Shown in pieces: positions 27,164 through 39,022 of a stretch of 64,000 nt of DNA. Made by a program: the position numbers and the translations under genes. Below the pieces are notes generated by a model. It was not told the origin of the DNA. It made no database searches and saw only the letters and a program-made list of their open reading frames with translations. Every line of letters starts with the position of its first letter. The stretch's first letter is position 1. The stretch comes from Psilocybe cubensis (taxonomy: Eukaryota), in the NCBI GenBank assembly GCA_017499595.2, contig CM039006.1, forward strand, positions 2,294,001 to 2,358,000, given 5' to 3'.

Positions 27164-27570
27164 AACCATTGCAGTGATGAAATTGACATATTAGTTTTTA
27201 CCACTGAAGTAGTCGAATTTGACATGTAAATTTGGTCACTCCAGTAATCAAGTACAGCATGTCAGTATGATTACTTTAGTAGTGGAATATAGCAAGTTTA
27301 TGTCAGTACTGAAAATGACTTGTTGTATTCCACCACTGCAGTAGTCATAATTGTATGTTAGATAGAATAAATACAATCCTAAGAATACTAACTATTACTA
27401 CTTTTATAATTCCTATACCACTGAAGTGGTAAGATTTTGAATGTATCTTATATCACTCAAGTGCTAGAATAGTATACATGATTTGTACCACTGTAGTGGT
27501 GAAATAGTCTACATAACTTGTACCACTGCAGTAGTGCAATTTTTGGCTTCAATCTTACCACTCTAATGCT
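27164..27570. repeat. Array of quasi-palindromic TACCACTGNAGT(G/A)GT motifs
   Basis: About 9 degenerate copies, e.g. ~27199, ~27331, ~27416, ~27486, ~27521. Confidence 0.6.
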
Positions 27571-27598
27571 TGCCATATTTAAGCAGTTCTTTTATTTC

Positions 27599-27687
27599 TT
27601 AGGGTTGGATTAATTAGTTAGTTAGTTTAGGGTTGGGATTAGGTAGTTTAGGGTTGGGTGTAGGGGTTAGGGATTAGGGATTAGGAT
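27599..27687 (+). repeat. Degenerate interstitial TTAGGG-like repeats
   Basis: ttagggttgg...ttagggttggg...ttagggttgggtgtaggggttagggattaggggattagg. Confidence 0.65.
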
Positions 27688-28652
27688 TGTTGAGTATATA
27701 CAAAGTGCATGAGAGCGTGCGCACGCAATGTTGAGACATAATATGACAAGGTAGTCATGTGAGTCTGTCTAGCGGATGTCTGGCGGATGCGCGAACATAG
27801 TAATCCATTTGGTCTTGTGTTTTTCAGTCTTGATTACAACATTTTCAGGCATATTTTAAATTTTTGGGTGATCAAAAAGCAATGTTGCTTTTCTGCTTGA
27901 AATATGTTTTTGCACAGCCAATTGTGTTCATGGCAACATCAAACTAGGCCAAAAAGCAATCTATGCACCAAACAAATATTTCCGCCAACAAATTTTATTT
28001 TATTCTTGATGCACTTTTCAAAAATTAGGAAATTATTACGAGACTTTTACTTTGTAAAAGTGAGTTCTTTTTACTGAGAATATTGGCCATCAAAAGTGTA
28101 ATGCCTGTTGACCCCGTGAGAACATATTTGTGATGCCATCAAGTGACTTACTATATTGGTACTTCATTCCTCTTAAAAGCTGTATATTTCTTTCAAATCT
28201 TTCTCAAACCATTTTTTTTTTGTAGGATAGATGCTAGGCATTATTATTCTTTTATAAATTTATTTAGTCAAAAAAATCATATTTAGGGATGGATGCAGAG
28301 ACAGTATTCTGGATGTAGTTGCTTGTTACATCTGAGTTCTAAATTGTGACATTGTCACAAATACTGATGCCATCAATATTGTGCAATACTATCAACTCCA
28401 TCAAATGGCTGTGCATTATGCATGTGATTTAAAACCATATGACTCAGAATTTGAAACCCAACTCTACTCAGCTCCAATATCCGCAGAATTGAAGACCTTG
28501 AAGGTGTCTGTCTTGACGGATATTACATCATTAATATATATTTTTGAAACAAATGTTTCATAATTTAAAACAAGTATATAATAGCCAGTTCTTTATCAAA
28601 TCTAGTGAAATAAATTGCAAATCATTCACAAAATTCAAAGCAACATTACTGC

Positions 28653-28708
28653 TGAAGAGATTGTAATGTTTTACGTAGTAGAACCACACACACACACACA
28701 CACACATA

Positions 28709-28739
<31 letters not shown>

Positions 28740-29565
28740 TTTGTACATGGCAAGGTTACTAAAGTATTAATATCACAATTCTAAAAACATATACAGATAT
28801 TTAATGGTTTGATTTGTATAGTAATTCAAGTTGTTTTGAGGGGTTTTGTTAGGGTTTTAAGATATATTGGATTTCACAAGACTAATTCTAAATCTCAAGT
28901 ACAAGTGCTCTAGCCTCCTCTTGAACTGGCTGACTTATCACTTTGCCTGACTACTAACTTCTGACTCTTACTTAGCTCTGTGACTTCTATGCTATATTTC
29001 AAAACTTTATACTAATTTGCTTGAAGACTCACAGGTACAATGCTTGCCTTTCAGCTTCCTTCTTGAGCCGTATTTATAGGATTTCTTCCCGAAATACCCA
29101 ACGCTCTGATTGTACTTGGCTATTGGTTTAATTGGCGTTATTGGAAATGATTCTGCTGGGCGCTTATCTGTTACTGAGCTTGGACTGCCTGCTCGTCCAT
29201 TCTGTGTACCATGACCAGGATTCTGCATTCTTGTTTAGCAGGCTGGTGCCTTGTCTTTTAGGGGCTGAGTTTATTATTATCATGAACTTCTATACATGTT
29301 AACTGACTGATCAAGCAGTAAATCCTATTTTTATAACTGAGGCCACCTTCCTGCACTACACTTTGTTACCAACTATTCAGACTGGCCTTTCTCTCAGTTT
29401 GCCGTTCACAACACTCTGTGAGATTTCCCTTGCTTTCTGCCTCGTTAATCTTGTGCTGTTTACTTTGGTAAGCCTTATCTCAGTTATTTCATATTTCTCT
29501 CTGCTTGTTTTTAATTTTACAGTCATATCTGCATTTCTACGGCTGTCATGTGTGCACACACATCA
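28653..29565. mobile_element. Probable solo LTR (913 bp, TGA...TCA)
   Basis: Interrupts the block whose empty form is at ~21680 (attactgcttatg). Flanked by duplicated CTGC, or ACTGCT if the ends are shifted. Confidence 0.7.
28685..28739 (+). repeat. (CA)n microsatellite
   Basis: Near-perfect CA run of ~55 bp with two TA interruptions. Confidence 0.95.
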
Positions 29566-30609
29566 CTGCTTATGTAATATGCTAGTATGTGACACTTTTA
29601 TATTACAAACAAGGAAATTTCAAAAGATTAAATTAAAAACAATCACTTTACTAGACTCAAACCCAGTATCCATAGATAAAATTAGCTGGCTTATACATGT
29701 AGCTTTTTAGTATTAATCAATATCATTTATGTGATAAACTTCATCTGAATATATTTAAAGAAAGGGTACTATGGGTGATTAGTTGTTTAGATTGGACATA
29801 CATTTGGGTTGATGGCCACTTACCATTGGTCAACAGCAAAAATTATAACTCCAAGTCGTGCCAACCATTGATAGCTCATAGAAATGCCATGCCGCTTGTT
29901 AACTCAGATTAATGGCAATGATGAGAGGTAATGGGAAGTCAGTTTGGACATTCATTCATGCTACCCATTTTCTATTTGTTTTCTATGATTTTATTTTTAT
30001 TTTTATGCAAATAGTATGTATTAGAATGTATATACCAATTTTTATGAGGAACAGAGCACAGGATCTTGAGATCCGAATCAGTGTCCAATCTGAACAACTG
30101 ATCACCCATAGTATTAGCTATTTTAACTATAAAAACTAGCTTGTAAGAGGCTAACTCTATAATTGCAGATTATTTAATATTCAAGAACCTGCTACAAATA
30201 TATTAGAATATAAAATATTTTTAAGTATACAAAAACTTTCTAAGGCTCATTTTATGTGAAAAAAATTAAAATGAGTAAAAGTCTTGTATTTCCGCGCTTT
30301 GTGATGGCTCCGCAAACCAAGTATTTATGGGGAATATTTTCCCACTTGGGTAGCCATACACATGAGTATTTTCTTATCAGTTTCCCCTATGAGATTCTCC
30401 TAGTAGATTTGGAGCTCTTAAATATTTAGCAGATGTGCAGATTATAATAAACAAGTCTTTTCTTATAATTAGGCCTTATAATCTGTACAGCTCTTTTTTG
30501 TGTCTGATACAACTGAGCTTGTAGTAGACCTAAGTCATAATAACCATTAGATTAGGAAATGCATGTAATTACTTTATTTTATTTTGAAATACACTCTTTA
30601 TAATATTTT

Positions 30610-30779
30610 ATTGGTTCAAGCAATTCAAACCAAAACTGAACCAGAACTAAACTGAAAGAACCAGTTTTTACGGTTTAGGTTTAGTTCAGTTCAGGTTCAG
30701 AAAAAAAATTATTGGTTTAGTTTTGGTTCAGCAAAAATTGGGCCCTAAACCAAACTAAACTGAACTTTGGCATCCTTAG
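30610..30779. mobile_element. Decayed hAT-like / MITE terminal region
   Basis: Clustered AAC(C/T)(G/A)AAC and GGTT(C/T)AG motifs ending ...aactttgggcatccttag (reverse complement CTAAGGATGCCCAAAGTTC). Confidence 0.4.
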
Positions 30780-30917
30780 ATTATACTGCAATCTATATCT
30801 AATCTACATGAGGTACATTCAACTCAAGGAGTTTGACAAGGTAGTCATATGGGTCCTGTCTACCAGACATATAGTATGCGGCAGACCTGTGGACACATTA
30901 ATCTATAGGCTCTGTAT

Positions 30918-31320
30918 CACTGCGGGCTCCGACACATGTTTGATGTCAAACATCGTCAATCAAACAGATCTTATGTAAGATGACGATGTTTGATGTCAAA
31001 CATAAACTGTGGTTGGTGGCAAACGGGCATCAAACACAAGTTATGTTTGATAGCCATGTGATATCAAACACAACTTGTGTTTGACGCCTGTTTGTCAAAG
31101 AACATGGGCTTGACAGAATTTCTGTCAAGTTCGCTGTAAGATTACAAACGTATCTTGTGTTTGATAAATAGTGTTTGATTTCAAATATAATTTCTGTTTG
31201 ATAATTTGTGTCTGAAATCATCCACATATTCTGTATGTTATCTACCATAAACATCAAACAGAATGTATGTAAGAAATCAAACAGAATATCTGTTTGAAAT
31301 CAAACAAACAGTCAAACAGA
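30918..31320. repeat. CACTG terminus plus subterminal repeat array (TGTTTGA/TCAAACA)
   Basis: CACTGCGGGCTCCGACAC at 30918; 17 exact heptamer copies counted in both orientations, including TGTTTGATGTCAAACA twice. Confidence 0.8.
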
Positions 31321-31929
31321 CATCGACTCGCTTATCGTGTCGATAATCGCGCGATCAGGCGCGCGATCGGCGCGCGTTGAGCGACACGCCCGGCGATTTT
31401 ACGGCTGTATCGGCGTCTCGGTGATACGCGACGCGCCCTCACCAACGCTACATAGGCGCTTGTAAATTCAGCGACGAGAACTCACTCTCCAGTCGATAAC
31501 ACGGCATCGGCGACACATATTTACTCAGCGAGTAAAAAGGCATTTTTACTCAAATATATGTATTTCTGGTGCCCGGGTGTGTCCTACTACCATACATATA
31601 AATTCACAAAATTCTGCACATTCAAATCTACTTTTCTCCCTTCTTATTTCTAGACCTGTAGTCTGTATCTCACTGTAGTAGCATTGTATGTACTCACCTC
31701 AATGTATTGTATTCGTTTGACATCGTTTGCCATTGCCTTCTATAAAAATGATGTCTCTCAGAACAACTTTCTCGCAGTCTCTTATCACTAAATTACTCAC
31801 TCACCTACTCACTTCACTCGCCTCACTCGCTCACCCTCGCGCGCCTTACTCACTCATTCTCACTCGCTCACTCTCACTCACTCATCACCCTCGCTCAGCA
31901 CCTACTCCATCGACAACAACATCCGCATC

Positions 31930-32473
31930 ATGTCCACCATCGTCCGCAACGTCTTTTCTGGGTTGGTTTCCTTCGGCAACGGTGTCAAATACCTATTCGC
32001 GTCGGGGTGCGAGGTTGTAGAGTGGTTGTGCACGTACGGAGGGCCTGTTTTTGGGGCTGTAGCTCGCTATATCAACAAGCATAGCGATGCACTAGTTGTT
32101 CTGAGAAATCGTAACGGTATGTCAGTGAGGAGTTGTAGCTTCGAACCGCGTCTTACCGTTCCTTTTAGGGGGAAACTTGATCACCGACGTGGAGGCTCAA
32201 CACCCATCCGCCACCGACGCCGATTTCGAGGAATTCATCCGCGTTCGCCAGGAGATTAAAAACCTCAAAAAACTTCTCGACAATCGCAGCGCGCGTACTC
32301 GGCCTGGTACATCGGAAGCGCACGAAATTCAGCTGGACCGCTTCAAACTCGAGCGCAAGAATGTTCTCAACGACATCGCAATCGAGGCCCAAATACGTGC
32401 CACCTACCCTGCGCGAACCCTGTATCTCGCAATGTGCGAGACATACGATGTCCCTCCTGTCCGCACCAACTAG
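31930..32473 (+). CDS. Small two-exon hypothetical protein (~160 aa) with C-terminal coiled coil
   Basis: TATAAAA at 31741 and a CTCA-rich leader. Intron GTATGT...TTTTAG (~32117-32168) joins ...LRNRN to GGNLITDVEAQ... in frame. Confidence 0.65.
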
Positions 32474-32779
32474 GCGTCCCGGCGGGTTTTTCTTGTTCTC
32501 GAAGTGCCATATGCCTTCGTGTTCCCGTGTCAGTTTTCTTATTGTTTTCTTGTTGCTTTCGATTTGTTGCTATTGCTTTCAATTATTGTACATATTTCTC
32601 TAAAGTTTACCATCTGATTCGCTATATTGTATCATACCCGTTGAACATGGATATCTTTTCTGAACGATATAATTCAATAACGTTCGCGTACATCTGTATA
32701 TGAGAGCGATTAAGCGAGCGAATCCCACAAGTCAAGACTCTCTCTCGTCGATAAAAGCGCATTCCTCTCATCGTGATTC

Positions 32780-33840
32780 GAAGCTGCCCAGTGACGCCAC
32801 GTTCACATGGAACCGCCGCTCGTCGTCGCGGTCTTCATGCACTCACCATAACCACGCGACTTCTTCACCTCTTGCCCCTCCCGAAACTCGTCCCACACGC
32901 AGTCTGTTCAAGCAGACCCGTACCAGTCGCATGCCATCCCATCGCCACAGGGCCAATCTCGCTCCACACAACAGCCATCAGCGACACCTTCAGCAGCTCC
33001 ATCGCCGTGAACTCAGGTGGTCGCCCTGCTGCTCCCCCGCCTCCGCTAGAGCCTAAACCGAAAGGATACGAAGACGACGACGCGGACGAGTCCATACGGC
33101 CTCCTTCGTCTTCTTCCTCCTCCCCATAGTCCTCCATCATGTTCATCTCTCTGTCTTTTCCCTTCCCCTTTCCTCTATCTTTCTCCCGATCTCTCCCTCA
33201 TTCTCTCTCCATATTCCTAACACTCTCAAGCTCTTCATGTCCTCCACCTCCTCCCGGCCCCTCTCAACATCCTCGCAATACCGCCTCTGCATCTCCTCCG
33301 CCTCGTCCCGGCCCCTCTCCTTTAGCGCCGCCAGCTCCTCCCGATGCACCGCCGCGAGCTGCTCAATAGTCTGCTGCTGGCTCCGCCTCAGCTCGTCCTT
33401 GATCCCCTTGATCTCGCTCACGATTGCGTCCACCACGGGCGACGCCGACGACACCGCCGCCGCCGAGGGCACCGCGCCGCACCTCCATCCTGCTCAACAA
33501 ACTCCCTCGAAACCACCACCTCCCCTTCATCCGCCAGCGACGTCGGTCCTCCTCCTCCTAGCCCGGACGACGACGACGACGACGACGACGATGCACTTCC
33601 TGCTGCCGCTGCGGGTGGCGGAAATGGCCCTGCTTTGGGTTTAGGCGCAGCCGTAGCCGTAACCGGACCTGCAGGCGACGACGCGCCGGCGTGGTGTGTG
33701 AAATGGGCGAGTAGATTTTGAGCCCTGCGGGCCGGAGCGCGGGGTGGAGCGTGTCGATCGTGCGCGCGTTCGCAGCGGCCGAGGCGGATGCGGCGGTTCC
33801 GCCGCGTGGTGCGTTCGACGATGTGTGCCCCGCGCCGTGG
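32780..33840 (-). pseudogene. GC-rich captured fragment of an unidentified host gene (low-complexity and coiled-coil), frameshifted
   Basis: High-GC3 codons; segments PKPKAGPFPPPAAAGSASSS, VVDAIVSEIKGIKDELRRSQQ and PEFTAMELLKVSL lie in different frames. Confidence 0.4.
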
Positions 33841-33841
33841 T

Positions 33842-34902
33842 CAGGAAGGCCTGTATGTACGTCAAGAAGTTGGCTTCAAGAGCTGGAAAGAGGGAAATGT
33901 GCGGTGAATTAGGGGAGGTATTCATTTAGATGATTGATATTTACCTGAGGCTAGTGCGCCAACGATCAAGAATGTATCCTCGAGGACTGTTGAGGTCTTG
34001 CCTGCGGATTGGATAAGTTGGATAATAAGGGTCATAATACGGTCAGCAAGGGCTCTCCATGGATTTGGTTCTGAAAAAAATGAATGGTCAATAAAAAGTG
34101 TAACAAAACATGACGGAAATGATGCCAGAAGCTACCTGGATGCTGAGAAGATGCTCCATTCTCTGAAGGATTGTAACGGCAGTGCTTTGAACAACGGTAA
34201 TAACATCAGGTGTGGCCTGAATGAGATTGGAGGTGATAGCCTCATAAGCAGCAGTAATGTAGTTTCATGCCAACTACAGTCAGCTATGATTTGACATTAG
34301 ATTACAATTTCATAGAAATGCAGAGATGGTCACAACCCAACCAACGCTTGTTCCACTTAAGGAGCCATCTTATCGTAATAGAGACTCATGAACCGCACAA
34401 GACATCCAAAGGCGCCAACCTGAACGGCGACCGTGGCGTTCAGAGTCGCCTCACATGTAGTTACGCTCGCCCTGGTGATTTATCAGGTTCTGTATGATCA
34501 CACAATGGAGTAAATCAAAGCTTACATCGCGGTCAAGGTTCTCGCGGACAAACTCGAGAAAGTTGTACGCGTGAATAGCTGCGAGCTGAACTTCCGGGAA
34601 AGGGTCCTCCTATCGCGTGCCGTGAATGACAGCGGTCAAGATCTCGTTCGATTTCAGGCTCAGGAGCTCCGGTTTCTATGCCGTCACCAAAAAATCATGC
34701 TGTACAAGATAGGAATAGTATTAAAACCAAAAACACAACTCCCAATCGCCTCACAGATAAATCCAATGGTCTGAAGAGTCGCGATTCTGAGGTTGGCGTT
34801 GGCTCGGGTATTGACGAAGCCGAGCAGGATCTCGATCAACTCAGGCCAGTGCCCCGCTCTGGATGTTCGACAGCAGCGATAGCTGAGACATCCTGGGCAG
34901 CT
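33842..34902 (-). pseudogene. KAP95: Captured importin-beta-1 (karyopherin beta) fragments, introns retained, internal deletions
   Basis: Spliced pieces WPELIEILLGFVN..NLRIATLQTIGFICEAI / KPELLSLKSNEILTAVIHG..VQLAAIHA..LEFVREN / GERNY..QVGAFGCLVRFMSLYYDKM / LTVVGMK..TAAYEAI..ILQRMEHLL / LADRIMTLIIQLIQSAGKTSTVLED..GALAS / ALEANF..YIQAFL match importin-beta HEAT repeats. Confidence 0.85.
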
Positions 34903-35209
34903 GCCTCCATTGTCTAGAAGATCCAGAAAGAAAGAGATGAGCCCAATCGCGTTTGTTGACGCGCAGGAGCAGATGCAAACAGGCTACCCAAGTCATATAT
35001 CGGCGTTGACGCATGGTTCAAGGACTGGCGTTGGAAGGTAAGCCGGCATTTGGCTCGCGGTCGGTGCAGGATCTTTTCAAGGGGCGGATGTGCCGAATGT
35101 CGACCGTCGTGTAGTGTGTAGCTTCACTCGCCGAAGCAAATGGTGTCGAAAGCTGGACACCACTCTACACAGCGCCCCTGGACATCGTCGGATTTCTAGA
35201 CCTGTCGGG

Positions 35210-36458
35210 AGCATCAGCGACGCGAGATGATATATAATGCGGTCTTACTCACCTGTTCCCACCCAGAGGGCCCTGTCCGTTGGAATGGGGTCGTGGAGTT
35301 GAGTTGGAAGGCGCGCCAGTTATTCTGTAGGTGCGATGTGCCTAGTTGATTAGCATCGTGTAGTGCGCAGAGACAGGAATATCGGCGAATCTGCGAAACC
35401 AGGACGTACAGTAGCCATCTCTTCGGTCTTCGGTTGGCGTCCGTATGGTAGAGCACGTATAATGTCCTACTATACCTCTTGCGCGTCATTGTTCCGTCCT
35501 CATCTCATAGCAGAATAATTCCATTGTACACTAAGCTGATTCATGGACATGCATTGCTACATTACTCAATCTGAATGAGCTGCCTCAGCAGGTTCACCCC
35601 GCCGTACAGCCAGGAGGTGATGGGGACACAGGAAGAAGAAACCGTGAGAATCGGTCCAGCTCGCCAACATGTACCGCAGAAGTTTGATGCCGCTCATGCC
35701 GTCGCCAAATTGGTGATGCGCGTGATTGGTGGCACGGCATCAGCGGCATCAAACTTCTGTCCTGTATCATGGCGATTTTGTGACGGTGTGACGCCTTTCC
35801 ACCTCTCTCTCAACACTCACTCCTATGAAGCACGTCGTACGTAGAGATGGTTCGCATACGAGCTTACTGTAGTAGTAGCACTTTAGTGTAGACTCTAATA
35901 CCATAAACTTAGCTAGCTGCGTACTCTAGTAATACAATTTTAGTTCAAGTGACATAGACCCGGCTTGGAAGGGCAGAGGAAATAGTCGGGTGAGCAACAC
36001 AGAACGAGGAGGAACTACAATTCATTTGGATAGTGAATTACGCAGAAACATAGGTGCGAATAGTATTTGTATTTACTATCAGGCACAAAACACAAGCCAA
36101 AAACACATTCTACAGCACACCCGCCGCCTCTTCGCCTGCCAGACCCGTATTCGAGCGTCACAAACATAGGTGAGGAATCATCTTTGCTATCAGTGCAGGA
36201 AACATATTCTACAGCACATGTGCCGCCTCATTGCTTTACAGACCTCACTTATTCAACGACGCACCCACCTACATTCAAGAATTGAACGTTGAATGCTGCC
36301 ATAACTTTATGTTTTGTACGACGCTGCCTACTGTAAGCACCCGATCTGCGAGGTACCCTCTTTGCAGGTTGCCGTTTTAATTTGGATTTCACGATATCGG
36401 GACTTGTGTAGGATGTGCACATGGCTTCCGTCAACTCTCCTGCTAATGCAACTATATG
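35210..36458 (+). repeat. Non-coding repeat module, copy 1
   Basis: 35630-36458 is a close inverted copy of 53018-54550; 35250-35310 resembles 63468-63527. Confidence 0.85.
35677..35759. other. 83-bp hairpin (26-bp arms, 31-nt loop), copy 1
   Basis: cagaagtttgatgccgctcatgccgt ... acggcatcagcggcatcaaacttctg, one mismatch. Confidence 0.9.
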
Positions 36459-37599
36459 CAAGTCTATTCTCATCTGACACGAGTAACGTAAATATCTCAT
36501 TTACCCCCCCCCCCCCCCCCGTTGCTCTATTGAACCCCACAATTGGGATGACAGCCAGCGCTTTCACATGTTATTTACAACATCCTGATTTAATCAGGGG
36601 CTGCTAGAATTTTCGCTCATTCCGCACCTCGACTCGAGCCATATTTTTGAGAAGTAAGTTCAACCTTACACGCGTGTAGGCAACGCTCGTGTCCTTTCTG
36701 CCTCCGTACTAGTCTCTTGTTTGGTAAAGACCAATATGCTTTCTTACCACCTACATGAGATTATGAATCACCAGTTTCAGCAACGTTAAAAACAGTCGAG
36801 GTGTAATGAGAGCACCGCAAATAAGCTGCCTTATACTGAGAGCGAGCCTGCTGCGCCTTCTTTTCTGTGACCCGCTCGGCCCTGAAGACTCAATGGATGC
36901 ATATAGCACGGAAACCATATATCTGGAAAAGTAGAGACAATGCGGTGTCAGTAGGAATCGTTGGCGTAAAAATACCTGAGTAGAGCAACACGAAGGAGCC
37001 GGCATTTCAGCAAGCATAGGGTATGTCTAATTGCACAGTTAACAAACGTTTGACGGTTTTTATTCGCTAAAACTACATCTGCGCTAGATGATTGACCAGA
37101 TATATCTCCCCGGATCCGAATCTGTGTTGGCACACTGTTTTATTTTCCATTGCTCCTCTTGCGTGTTATCATTCTGTCCTCGTTTCATAGGGACTACATC
37201 TAGTATGTAGACTACATGTTCGACGCCGCTCATGCCGTCGCTTGATTGGTGATTGCGCCAGCATCACATGTCGCCCAATTATCTTATCTTATCGCTGTCA
37301 GAATAGACAAAACAGCAAGAGATCCCTTAAGACTGCCGGCGCAGCGCGATGGCAGGCGCAGAGCGAGACCTGTACTCGGATAATCCAAGGTGGCTTTACA
37401 ATACGGATTGGTTTAACGGGCAGCCTATGATCAGATCAGAGTGGTGAAAGTGTCAAAATGAGTGAAGGCGTTAACAGCCGTGATTCATACGAGTTCTGAG
37501 AACACACCCCCGAGATTGTGTGGTTCAGCAAAGAAACAAAAAGATGATTGAGATATCTGGATATGAAGAGCTGTTTGAATTGCACCAATGCTAACGGAA

Positions 37600-38660
37600 G
37601 GCCACAACATATGTGCTTGTGGGACTCGATGAGAGCCATGAGCAATTCACATAAGATAAACACAGTCCGGCTCGATATGGTGCAATCCAATTAAAACAGC
37701 ACCTGCAAAGGGGGTACCTCCTAGACAGAATGCTTATCGTAAGAAGCATCGCAGAAAAAAATATGGCAGCGTTCTGTGAGTGTGGCGTCGTTTATTAAGT
37801 GACGTCTGTCAGGCGACGAGGCGGCGCATATAGAATATGTTTTCCATACTAGTGATAGCAAGATGATTCTCACCTATGTTTCTGTGTAATTATGTGACCT
37901 CGAATGAAGGACTGGTGGGAGAAGAGGCGGCGCGTATGCTAGAACATGTTTTTGGTTTATCTTCTCTGTACTGATAGCAAAAGATGATTCTCACCTATGC
38001 TTTTGCATAATTCACCAGCACATGAATTGTCATGTTCACCGGTCTTTGAATTAAAGTTATTATGGTGTTAAAATCTACGTTAAAGTATCCCTACCGCTAA
38101 GCTAAATATTTGAATCGAATTTACATTCGACCCGCCGCATTGGAGAGTGGGGGTTGTCAGAGGAAGAAAGGCGTCACACCGTCACAAAATCGCCCTGATA
38201 CAGCACAGAAGTTCGATGCCGCTCAAGCCGTCGCAACATTGGTGATGTGCGTGATTGGTGGCACGGCATGAGCGGCATCGAACTTCTGCGGTACATGTTG
38301 GAGAGCTGGACATATTCCCACGGTTTTCCCTTCTTTCCTGCGCACCATCCTGGCCACGACGTTTGGCGGGGCTGGTGAACCTGAACCTGTCGAAGCAGCA
38401 CGTTGAGATTGAGTAGCGTAGCAATTTATGTACATGGACTAGCGTAGTGTGCAATGTATATAGTACTAGATCAGAGGAAATATTCTGCACGTCAGAGGCA
38501 TGGGGATCATATAGACTCTACCACCCGGTGCGATGTCTAGCGTACGCCCTGGTTTTGTAGGAGGTATGATGCTGCACATTTGGTCAGTTATCCACACAGA
38601 TCCACCTTTAGTGAACAGAACATCTCTTGGTTGGTGAGTCGCAACTCCAGTCTACCCTTC
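37600..38660 (-). repeat. Non-coding repeat module, diverged copy 2 (inverted relative to copy 1); hairpin at 38206-38288
   Basis: Matches 53040-54880 in direct orientation, e.g. aattaaaac.gc..cctgcaaag.gggtacctc, gatagcaaagatgattc.tcacctatgttt, aaaggcgtcacaccgtcacaaaatcgcc, gtcgcaactccagt.taccc. Confidence 0.8.
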
Positions 38661-39022
38661 AATAGCAAAGCACACTGACTGCTTGCGGACCGTCCCGACC
38701 GTCCCAAGGAAAATTACAGACTGCTTGCTGAGCGTCCCTGGAAAAACTACACTCACTTATTTCTTACCGAAGGTGCTCGTTGCACCGTCTGCTTCGTCTT
38801 GCTTCACTTAGGTATATTCGGTACACTCTACGTGCAATTTCTTACAACTATAAACTTAGATTGAGTGCGTCGCAGCAAAGGAGGCCACAGGGCAGCTCTT
38901 AGCACCCACAAGACAGCTCACCTCCTTCCTTATGTTTTTACTCCAAGGTAAGCGTTCATCTCATAGCCGTTTATTAGCTGAAATTTATCGTTTCCGTAAC
39001 AGTACTGCCTAATCCCTACTGT

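Noticed and set aside
27164..27570. CRISPR-like spaced repeats
   Set aside because: Repeats are degenerate and irregularly spaced, the context is eukaryotic and there are no cas genes.
27599..27687. True telomere
   Set aside because: Short, degenerate and internal, with sequence continuing on both sides.
35214..38490. Short ORFs in the repeat modules (e.g. ...VPQKFDAAHAV..., also at 53-55.8 kb and 63-64 kb)
   Set aside because: They recur only because the DNA is repeated; frames are not conserved between diverged copies and the loop inversion scrambles the peptide.
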